Shown here: positions 22,871-39,577 of the stretch, in pieces | Layout of the letters: the number at the start of each line of letters is the position of its first letter | Numbering within the stretch: position 1 is the first letter of the stretch | Source of the DNA: Trichoplax adhaerens | Lineage: Eukaryota > Animalia > Placozoa | Direction: 5' to 3' | Length of the DNA: 64,000 nucleotides | NCBI RefSeq assembly: GCF_000150275.1 | Contig: NW_002060969.1 | Span: 496,001-560,000 of the forward strand | Made by a program: the position numbers and the translations under genes | Notes under the pieces: model-generated | Database searches by the model: none | What the model was told of the DNA's origin: nothing | The model's input: the letters and a program-made list of their open reading frames with translations, nothing else

Positions 22871-25800
22871 ATAGTGATGTTTTATTTTGTCACTTTTTAC
22901 ATAACTTAATCTGACCACATTTTAGAGAGATGGAGATAAAAATAACACTGAAAATCATACGTAGATACTTTGCTTTAAAATTAAAACCTCAGAGCTACTT
23001 ATTACGGCATAGCGAAATTGTTTTAGCAACACAATACGATCGTGTATCAATAGCTAACATAACGCATAAGAAAATGTTTCGCAAAAATATTTTAAAAAAC
23101 ACTTTTGAATACAAATAAAATCCTTACATCCACCTACAAGGTTCGAGCGCGAAGCTATAAATTTCTTAATGCGAAATTGAGATTAATGATTGAACATAAT
23201 TAAAAACTGATCCATGGCATGAATAAACATATAAATAGCCAATAATTGAAAAGAATAATCTAAATTTCTCGTTCCTATAATTACAAACCGTTTTAGACTC
23301 CAACTTGAATAATAGTTCAAGATTGAAATAATATGCGATGCTACAAAGAATCACTAACAATTTTATATTTCTGCTCAATCAATACAAACTTACATACAGT
23401 GTTATTTTAGATAATTAATATATTATAATTATGCATCAGTAGGCAACATTTCTAAGTGCAAGAGGAATTTACAAACTGTGATATTATGATGTAAATTTTG
23501 AATTAGTAAATGTAATTAGTATCAGTGATTGTAAATTGGATTACCCTATTTGCATTTACAAATAATTGTTGCTGGGGTTAACTATACATCCCATATTGAT
23601 ACAAGCATTATTTGCTTCCGTAAATACTGCATTGTATAGAAGCTAACTAATTAAGAAATATACAAATTTATGCCTTATTCAAAGTGTCCTAATAAGGATA
23701 ATATGACCGCGACTGTAGATTAAGCCAATTTTATGCCAATTATTATAATAAATACAGAGTTTAATGTAAACATTGTTATATTATAATAATCACTAGCCAT
23801 TATGGGTTATAATGTGAAATTTATACTAACAAATTGAATCGATATATGCATAATGTACTTGCGCTAAGAATTACAGTAACGTCACCTACATACAGGTACG
23901 ATAACATTATAATAGCTATCAGGATGTTTACTAAAATGAGCTGATTTGGCATGATCATAACACTATCGATGATACTATTAAATTTTCATGAAGTAGATAA
24001 CTAGTGAACGTAATAATATCTCTTAATAAGAAAATCATTCGTCACGAGTCGAGGTGATTTTAAAATTGTATATATAATTGAAATATTTATCAACATATCC
24101 GCATTGTACTTTATCTTTATTCAGACCCTGGTTAATTGATCTTTAGTCTAATTATGACATCAATACTTATCTTATAAATTAAAGATGTTGATACGTTGAT
24201 AAAGCATAGATTCAAATCTATGTACTTGAAACTATAGACTCTTGGTTAATATCAAATTAAGATATTTTAATTTGGAGCGTAATTCGACTAAAAAATTATT
24301 GCTCTAGTTCATTCAAAACTATTTAGGAGCAGGACACTACATTTTTACTACTTTACGTACTAGCAGAAATAATATCATATACATACAACTACGTAGCTAT
24401 CTACCATTTAATAATATGTTATTTGATTACAATATTTGTATCTACGGTAGTAAATTTGTCTTATTTTGTCTGTTACTTTCTTTAAGAAACTAAGACGATA
24501 CAGGCAATACATTTACAGTATGCAGGATATCGAATTCTGATGTAATAGTTGCATTAGCTACTGATTCAATGATCTCCTTTCTATTTTCACGTATTGAGTA
24601 ACAGCGTATTGAGCAATATGATAATCATTTATAGTTAACAATATTACTATCTGCTGGCTTGAGGCAGTACGAAAAATAACTGCAACATAATCAGGGTTAC
24701 TTGGATTAATACAGCAGATTAACTGGCATTATGCCTTTTAAAATTTAATTAAGTTATATCAGAATATTCAAGAACTATGCAATAGTTAACTGCTATTGGA
24801 GATAAATGCATGAACGAAAGAAATAGAAAGTGGCAAGAGGACATGAGCCTATATAAAGGTTTTCGTATGAAATTGGGTGGCGAAAAATCGTTTATTTTTC
24901 AAAATTACCTTAATTTTGTCCATCATCTGATTTACTGTAAGAAAATTAAAAGCCTCATATAAAAATTACTTGAACTTAAAGCTTGTAAAAATATTCCTGA
25001 AACTATCCATTTAATTAAATCTTAATGGCTTATTGCGATGCAGTAGTTGTTGTATGTTGTGTATTACTATCTAGGGTTAATAGTAACAACCATATTGAAT
25101 GGTCGTACTACTCTCAGTTAACATAGACAATAGAAATTGAACACGTAGTTGAAGTTATTATAAAACAAATTGCTAACTCCTACTCTCTCTTTATTGTACT
25201 GAAAAACGCCGGCTTATATACGTGCGCTGTTGTAATTGCAAGTTTGTGTAACAGAAGATTCATTAGTGCACAAAGCACAATCTACAATTGACACGTACTG
25301 TAGAATTAACGAGTGTAGAATATTACATGTGTAAAATACCATAAATAATTAATTACGATTATTATTATATAATCTGTGACAATAGCAAGTTTGTAATATA
25401 CTAAATTCAGGTAATATCGAATTAACGCAAATACAAAATATCAATCTAAATGTATTAATGCTATATATAGTACTACATCGTATTAAACGTACAATCTAAT
25501 AAATATAGCGTAGCGTAGTATCTAATATTGTAGTCCAGTACAGTACAGTATAACACCAAATATGTGCGTGCGAAATAAAGTGAAAATTATAACGTTAAAA
25601 AGTAGTGATATACTGTACAACGCCAAATACTGGCGTACGAATCTTCGAAGTGTTCATTAAAGGCGCACTGTATTGTACTTTCTGTAGATCCAGAGTGCGT
25701 GTGTACAGTAGTTGAAGATGTGGGTATCTTATGAAGTGTTAGATTGTGTACAGAAACTCCACCGTGCAAATCCACCGGAGAGAGAGCATAATAGCCGCAA

Positions 25801-26266
25801 GTTTTTAACGGTGAGTGGATTAGGGATGTAACTTTGACAATATCAGCCGTTGATAAATTATTGGCATTGAACTTAGCTAACTATAATACATAGCACTACA
25901 CTGTACTCAAATACTGTCTTCTAGCCCAAGTTAGTGGATCAATTCATCGCAGAGTTTTTCCTAACATATTAGCTGATCCCTCATACAAACAGTCTCAATT
26001 CTCAATGTGCCGAGTATAACACACCTCATCGTAATAGTATCCATTTGCCATTGATAGAATATTATACCAAGATCCAATCTAGTGAATATCCAGCATCACT
26101 ACCGGTATTAATGGTTACGAACCGTGAGATATGCGTTGTATATCAAAGCTTAATACGCATTTCGACTTGTACCTCCTTATTATGAACAGAATTCCGTTAG
26201 AACAGATATTAATTAAATGATTCATTTTATCGGTAACTAGTTTTTCTCGTATACAGCATATGTGCG

Positions 26267-26799
26267 TGTGATATATACCAACCACGAAGTTCCAAATTTT
26301 AGAAAAATAAGGGCTTTATTGAATCTTATACAAAGATTAACTACACACAGCTCTACTCTAGCCGAATACTACTTCTAAAGACTTCTACAACGAACTAACA
26401 TAATAATCTAAAGTTGCATGCTTTTATACTTTTCGTAGCATTCGCAGCTACAATCCGCATGGCAACCTCTTACCTTATATTACACATAGTTAAATTATTC
26501 TTAGTAAGACTATTCTACAGCTGATCATCATTAATCCAATATGGATACGACTACAGTACTTACGTAGACATTATTCACACCAGCCAAAGTACAATAAATT
26601 AACCATATCCTAATATATGATTTACAGTTCTATTTTACCTATAGCCTTATACTAATAAGGCTATAGGTAAAAATAGAAATAGTAACTTAATTTAACACTT
26701 TACTGTATATAGTCATCTGTACTCTAGCATAGAGTCTATACCACTACAGTCTATAGTTATGGCTACCAAATATCTCTTAGGATAAATATCTACCTTACA
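26267..26799 (-). mobile_element. Solo-LTR-like element, copy 2 (~533 bp)
   Basis: Paralogous to 13379-13909. Minus strand reads TGTAAGGTAG...ATATATCACA, with the same TATA and AATAAA layout. No TSD (flanks GTGCG / TTATA). Confidence 0.65.
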
Positions 26800-29408
26800 T
26801 TATACTAAACATGGCTAACAGTCTACAATCACAATACTAGTTACATTACAGTGCGATTACTGGGATATCCGGATATCCATCATGATACCGCGAATCCGTT
26901 AATAGTAATACCCTGTATCTAAGCTCACGAAGACAATTAGCATATGAAAATAGGATATTTTGGGTTGATGTAACGGAGAATGGCTTGTAATAATAAATTT
27001 GGGCTAGTTTATAAAATGAATACTAGTATGCAATAGTATTACAATATATAGTGATTATGATAAGTAACTTCGTTTAAACACATAGATCGAATACCTAAAT
27101 ATTTTTATAATTTTAAATATAATAATGGGCATATATAAATACGTCCGTTCAAATAACCCGCCTTATGAACGGGGAAAAAGTTGTACTGCTATGATTACAG
27201 TAATTGTAAGTTTTTGTGGTAGACGAACGTTAAAGTGAAAGAGTTACTGTTAGCGCATACTATGCATATATAACTTATCGAATTGATTATTGACTATTTT
27301 TCGCAGATATCTTGCTACATATAATTAATATCCAACAATACTTACATTTAACATACTACCGGCAATGTAGCGTAAATATGAATAAATGTAAACTTAAATT
27401 GTACGTTTAGTAATGCATTTTTATATCGGAAAAATTAGCAAAATATATTAGTTCGGATCGTAAAAGCACGGATAGCAGCTAGATCACTTTTAATGATCAA
27501 TTTAAAACTTAAAAAATGTGTCAGGTAAAGGGCCGTAATGATCGGGTAGTGTATGATATTGCAAATATTTGGATCTGAGAATAGAGTTGTATTAGATGCT
27601 TGTTTTGGTACTTAAATAAGGCGATATTTAGCCTAAAATTGCCTTATGGTTAAGAAGGTATAAAAAATTTTAAATATCTAGATTAGTCTTGCCCAGTAGC
27701 CACAAATATATAATCTATAAAACAATCACAATTTTTGCTACAGTGATTGTTTTTAGTCTACAAAATTATGGATCATGTACGGATATATTACGTAACTATG
27801 AATAAAATCATTTAATCTTACCCTCTTTATTACAATTTCCCTTTAAATTGATGAATACGAGTAAGCAATAAATATTTATATTCTGTTAGTATAATCGGAA
27901 GCGATAATATAACAAAGTAGTCTAATTTATTTGTTATTATATATTGTGTATGGGTCATGGTATAAATGTGCAGGAAATCACTTCGTCTGCAGCAATTTTT
28001 AAGGGTAAAATGATTAATTGATCTCTATATAACTATTTACTGCATCTAGCAAATAATTAAAATGAAAATTAAAAATGTAATCCCATTGCACTATGGACAT
28101 TTTTTATAAATTTGACAGTCTATATTTTCGTGGTTCTATCTGATTATAGATATAAGCTACTTCTGACTACGTTGCGCCACGCACATCATGCATATCCTAC
28201 ATCTTAAATATTTACTGTAATTGCATGGACAGTTATTGGTATATTATCGAGGCTTGCGATCTTTCAACACCAATGCCCTACATATTAAAGATTCGCTTTT
28301 GGATTCAAAGTTAATGTAATGTTAGTTTTGTACCAGGCGGAAAAGCTATTCATACATGATACTTAAGCATAGCAACTATCAACTTCAGATTATATTTACA
28401 AACTGAAACTGAATTATTATTAATTACTGCAGCTCTATAATCAATTGTGTATCTACTCAAGATTTTGTTTATCTAATGCATGATTTGGGGTACTTGTTAC
28501 CGGCACTACTCAGACTAAGATTTTGCGATATAATCCATCAGCGGTATGTGGCATGGTAGAGATTGGGCAATTCGATTCCTAGGGATGAATTATAAATTAT
28601 TGCAAAATGAAAAGAATTTGCAAGTTATATATCTGAATATTACTAGTCACACAACGTATCGCTAGCTTTATGATTTTTGTAGCGTAATTAAGAATAATAT
28701 TATCAAGGATACCCTGTAACTTTTCTCTGGTATCAATCTTGATTATAACTTACCGATAGAGCGCATGCGTATTTAGTTGAATTATTATTATCTGTTTATG
28801 GTAACATATTATTCGATAAATAAATTATTGTTTAGTCGCCGATGGTACAGTTTTCAAATTTTATTGACTTACAATTACTGAAACAATACAGTCGAAAACG
28901 TAATTAGCCTCAGATTATTATGATATCACATTTCAATCATTAAAATAGTTCACTTTTGTTATGTAAAATTTACGAAGCTACTCTTGATTGTTATCAATCC
29001 GCATTATGTAATACAATAGTTTTTTATTGTATCGCCTTTATTTGTTTATTCTAGGTTATGCAAAGATTGAAATGGACTCCAATAGCTGTTATATTCTAGC
29101 TAAGAGCGCTATTAACTTTCAGGCCATGTGATATCCATGCTTGATAAAATTCTGAATCAAATAAAGATAATAATAAGATGTTGTATGAAACATTTATTGT
29201 CAACTAACTGACTGCAACTGTTAATAATTTTGCATTCTTGCTAGGCCGTAAGATCCAGTTATCAGTATATAGTCATATGGTATGTAAGATAAAAATTGGT
29301 TACTGGTTATTGCTATTACCCTAGGAATGCGATATCTACGATTTGGTAATGCGTAAGATCTACAACATATTTAACATTAAGTAATGTTTACATTCCATGG
29401 TTTCGTAA

Positions 29409-29723
29409 GTTTAATCACGAGCTACTAAAAAGAGAGACGGGAACGACTTTTCAGTACAAAACAATGCGGAGGCTTATCATTTTCCCGGTCATTCTACCAT
29501 ACGGAGTCAATAAAACCGTGTACCATACTGCATACAACCAACTTAGCACCATGTTAGCAGCTAATTTAGATCATTAGATGTCAATTACGGATAATTTAGT
29601 ATAACGCCGTAGATATTCAATACAGTTGAAATGACAAGTAAAATAATCAGCCTCCAGATTTTTGTTATTATGAACGACAATTTCCCATTAGTCTCTTTCT
29701 TTTTAGTAATCCCTGATCTTAAC
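29409..29723. mobile_element. Degraded foldback/MITE-like element (~315 bp) with long imperfect inverted arms
   Basis: Left arm TACTAAAAAGAGAGACGGGAA...GGAGGCTTATCATTTTCCCGGTCATT matches the reverse complement of the right arm (TACTAAAAAGAAAGAGACTAATGGGAA...GGAGGCTGATTATTTTACTTGTCATT). Confidence 0.5.
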
Positions 29724-32700
29724 ATCATATTTTTCTACTTACTAAATTCTGTAGTTGTGTACACTTCTCTCTATTGGAAAGTACGATGAACTGTCAAGTA
29801 GGGGTAATTTAACTTTCTTTAATTCGATACAGTCTAAATGGTATCATAAGCTGAGACTAAATTTGCGTAGAAAATTCGTAGACATACCCAATCATGATTA
29901 ATTTTACAGTAGAAATTTGTGATTTTTTCAGACTTATATCTTAATATTTACATTATATTATTCATTTCGGATGACGATATTAAACTAAGTAGTTCAAGCG
30001 GCAAATAAATAGGACTACAACAAAAAAAAACTGCTACAGATTGATTTCCGCTTTTTTCTTATCATAACTCTTACTACAGAAAATCTTGATTAACAAAATG
30101 TTAAACAGATAGCTACTTTGAATGTTCCATGGGAATCAGACTATCGTACATGGAGGCAATCTCAATCTCTTACTTTTGTTCTGATTTTAATGTACGTTTT
30201 TAAAAAATGAGTAATCATACTTACTTTAGATTTTATTCTTGGCCGACAACAAAATGTTTACCAGAAGATCAACCACTTGGGCCACGGAAAATGCATGTTG
30301 GATCTTAAGTCTTGATGGATTTCGCAGAAATGAGTTTAAATGTTTACCGAAGATCTTTCGATTATTGCTTTAAGCAACCTGTGTGACAAGAACAGAAAAT
30401 TCTTATAATAACTGCACAATTCTAAACTTGTACGGAAATAATAATTTGCAGACATTTTTCACCCGTTAAATTGTGATACATTTACTGTAACATTATCTTA
30501 AACTCTTTCTACTTAAATCTTGGAAGTGAATTTTTATCGTATTGTTCTAGAAAGGACTACAAGAATTAGGCTAGATAATACGATAATATAATCTTTAGTT
30601 TTTTTTAAATTGATAAATAAAACGTAAAAAATATCATTTTATCTCTATAAAATTTAAAGTGATACTTACCGTCAGTAACTTGAAGTTTTCGGGGGATTGT
30701 TGCAAATTAGCAGAGGGTTACCTTAATATACCTTAACTACAATGGCTCGTTCGATACATTATTTACATAACAGTGGTCTTATGTTTACATTCGAAAAGAT
30801 GAAATCAAGCTAAAACATATTTCTATTAACTTTAAAAATTTTTGAGAGCGTATTTAGTAATATTGTCTTGACCTCATGATAAATGCAGAATAAGAAACAA
30901 TGGGTAGTTTAGTACGTGACTCATAAGTGACAGAAATATATTAATAGTAACTAAAACTATTTAATTATAACAATCCCTGAAATATTCTCATCATTAGTAA
31001 GCAATTTTATTTTGTTGCAAAGTAAACTGCCCACCTCGCACTAGCTATACTATTATTCGTATACGATAATAATGGCTACAATTAATTCTTTATTATTCTC
31101 CAAAGGCGTTAATTTAATTCTGTTTGAAAGTGCTTAATTAATTTAATAAAGCCTTGGTTATTATAAAGTGCATTTTTACAGCTAATTAGTTTAGCATAAT
31201 TGATCCATTAGAATTGATACATTACCTAAGTTAGAATTATTAATATCATGCAAATTATACGGTCTATTTACTTATGCCAAAATTTGCCTAGCGAAACTCT
31301 CTTAATATACGTAGGTCGCTTATTCACATTTTAATTTTTGATGTCATTGATGAACTGACAGTTATGACACTCTTTGATTGACAGGATCTAGGAAGACTTC
31401 AAATACATTAGATCATTATATGATACAATACGAATTTAAATACGCTTTTTCCAGTAATTAAGTTTGATTTCAGTAACCGTAACTATTAACTGACGCTGTG
31501 ATATTGCATATTAATTTTGTGAACAGTCCTATTGATGCGTTGGTCAACTGTTATGACTACCTAAGCCAGGATTGGTGATTCAAGTCTAAATGTACAGTAT
31601 GCAATACAGCACCGTATGCGCTACACGTAGACGCGCAGAGAGATAAGCTTGCGTCCAAACGGTAATGACTAGCGCAGACTTGTTCTTGGCATGGTAACCG
31701 ATGTCTAACCTACGCACTATACGACCTTTGTTATATTTATTTGAGGACAGCCAATTTCGTAGACGTCATCCTTCGTAGTTACATCTTTATTATTTAAGCC
31801 ATATTGTGTATAACAAAGCTAAATGCTGGCAGTTTGTTAACCGTTTTGCTTGTCGCTTGCAGACTTACGGTCATGAAGATTATATAAAAGCTGAAAATAC
31901 TTTAGAATACAGTTTCGTAGGTAGATACAGAAAATATATTTGTATAAGAATAAAGTATCACTGAATTCGTTAATATTTTGCCTATAAAATTATGAAATAA
32001 TTTTAATTATCATTACTTTATTGCATTTAGACGTTAGAAATAGCAAGTATGCAATCATGTCATCTAATAGTGTAAAATACGTGTATATATACTACGTACT
32101 CGTCATATATAAGTAAATAAATGTTGCTACCTTAGTCGGTACACACAGTATAAGGTATTAGATATCTAAAAATAAGAGTACATAGCTGAGAAGTTATTTT
32201 TCTTAAAATACATTGCAAGATCTATCGAACAAAATTCTGCATATAAACTTCCTGTGCATACTTGCATGCAAGATCCTAACTAGACTTGAGTAGCTTTCCT
32301 AAATGCGCGTATTTGCTCGCAATTATTCAAAGTGAACATACTAATACTGCTATTAGTGGTTTTCTTTCTATAGAGCGAACTACACGAGTAAATTTGTACA
32401 GTATTCCTACGGAAGAATGTACTTCCTTATTTTAACGCTTGCATAGGACGTATGTACAGTATATGGTATGCATAGTTACGATAAACTTTACGATACCAAC
32501 CTTATGAGGATATACTACTAACAAAAGGCTATCTTGCACTCTAGTACAAAGTTCTACATATTTCGTTTGATGTTAATGTTCTAGTCTTAAATTGCGAATT
32601 CATTATTCATCCTTTGTGCGATTACGCGAACTATTACATACACACATCCCTAGCTTATCATCATGTGATAAGCCAAATTTTAAGGAATATATATAAATGA

Positions 32701-33262
32701 ATCGTGATCACATTGCTGGCTAGGCTATCTTTAATAATAAATTCTCTGGTTTAGCTGTAAATCCATAACAACTTAAGTAAACGTTAATGAAGCGATTTTT
32801 AGTGCCTTTAACTTTTAGATGGATTTCCGGAATCCGACTTTTTAGGAATAAATTTAATTTTTGTAGGCAATATTTTGCCTAATTTTTCTTGAACAACGAT
32901 TATTGTTGGATTAACCGGCAACGATAATGGTTTCAGTTTATAAATATTAATTCTTGCATACAAAACGGACTATGCATCAAGTCTCTGGCAAGCTATAGAG
33001 TCAATAATTACATTACTGCTTGAAGTAATATAGACGGAAGTTAATGATCCCTTTATTATTAACGCAATAATTAAATGATACAATAGACAGATAGTAATGT
33101 AATGACACAGTTGCAGCAGCTAGCGGTCGGCCAGTGTTGTAAAGAAAGGAAATACTAGTAAAGATTTAATTATTTTAATGAATTGCAATGCTCTAACGTA
33201 CATGAAATCAAAAACTTTTGTCTCAGATTGTTGAATTCAAGCGTATCTGAATTGGTTCTTCC

Positions 33263-38120
<4,858 letters not shown>

Positions 38121-38246
38121 GTTAGTTATAGCTAGATCCTCAAATATAACGTAGAAATAATACTGAAGTTCGCTGCTAGGAAATTTAATTGATTTGAAAC
38201 AGTAACTAGAGTAACTACAGCAAAGACCTAGAGTAAAGACTTCGAT

Positions 38247-39350
38247 ATGTACAGTGTATAGTACACTGTACAATATCACTGTACTGTACAGTACTGTACT
38301 GTACTGTACTCCAATACGAATAACCGTGGACTTCCAGAAATACACTCGTTCTTCGCCGAGTATTGTATTTCTAGAAGTCCATGGAATAACTTATGATACA
38401 TTAAAATTTAATTTTTGTAATTCTTATGGCGTGACCACTGACTCATACGTATATTTTCAATCTTTATAATTACTACACCTACTTTTTCCGAACCTCTTTC
38501 AGTAATAGCTAAGACTGTCCAGCCAAATGTTCCCAATCGAAGAATCAATTGCCGCTCTCACTGCTACAGTACTGTACTTTACAGAAAACACTAGTCGATT
38601 TACTCCCTGCGCCTTTTCGTTTTTACTGTACTGTACAGTACAGTATAGTGTCTGTAACATACAGTACTGTAGACTCTAGTGTACTGTAGAGTACTGTACT
38701 GTACTACTGTATACTGTACTGTGTTACAGTACTGTCTACAGTAATGGCTAAAACGTACAGTACTGTACAGTACAGTTGTACACTGTACACTGTACAGTGT
38801 ACAGTACTCTGGAAGGACTGGAAGCAGCGACTACTCATTTTGAAGTACTCAACTCTAATTATAATTCATCGTATATTTGTGTCCAAAACTAATCCACTAC
38901 TCTATAGAAACATCAGTTTAGCGTAGTGAGACGTAACTGAATAAGGGGCTAGTTTTGGGCAGGAATATAGGATGAATTATAATTAAAGTACTATATTTAA
39001 TATGAAAACTATGAAAAAAGAAGTTAAGTACGGTAGTCACTACTGGAAGGCACTGTACGGTACACTGTGCTTGGGATTACTACAGTACAGTACAGTATAA
39101 TGTACTGTACAGTATACAGTAGTGTACAGTATACAGTAGTACTAAAAGAAGAAAGAAACGGGACGGGAGGGGACTGCCAACGATTGTTGAGTCACTATAC
39201 TAATAATATTTCTTTCTTATACTAGTCCCTGACTGTGCTGTGCTGTTAGCCAATCTCACATCTACAGTATATGTTATGTACAGTACAGTACAGTACTGTA
39301 CACTAGAGTTAACTGTAGAGTACTGTAGTGTACAGTACAGTACTGTACAT
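38247..39350. repeat. TACTG/CAGTA degenerate palindromic arrays in the PRPF40/DENND5 divergent promoter region
   Basis: Dense blocks at ~38247-38310, 38565-38806 and 39050-39350, built from TACTG, CAGTA and TGTACA. Confidence 0.85.
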
Positions 39351-39577
39351 TAAAAAGTATATCAGCACCTGTAGACTTTCATTGCAAGAATTTTAATTTA
39401 ATAAAATGGATTTCATTTTTAAAAGCAGACGTCTTTGGTCATACTTAGTCAATGTTAAAGCTAGATGAATATATTCTCTGCATGGCTGCTTTTTGCAGAA
39501 CTATAAAATCATAATTTTCATTTCTGTCTTAGTTTGGACTATATTGTCCGTATACGGTACAACGTACAGCATACAGT

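Noticed and set aside
25587-26060. Stop-interrupted reading frame next to LTR-like copy 2 as a gag/pol relic or pseudogene
   Set aside because: Several stops and no recognisable motif; cannot be supported without a search.
13379-26799. The two LTR-like copies as the ends of one 13.4 kb retrotransposon
   Set aside because: The interval holds intron-containing TBC1D15 and trypsin genes, with no gag/pol, PBS, PPT or TSD. Independent insertions are more likely.
26863-26878. GGATATCCGGATATCC as an 8-bp transposon excision footprint
   Set aside because: A single short tandem palindrome; cannot be distinguished from a chance duplication.
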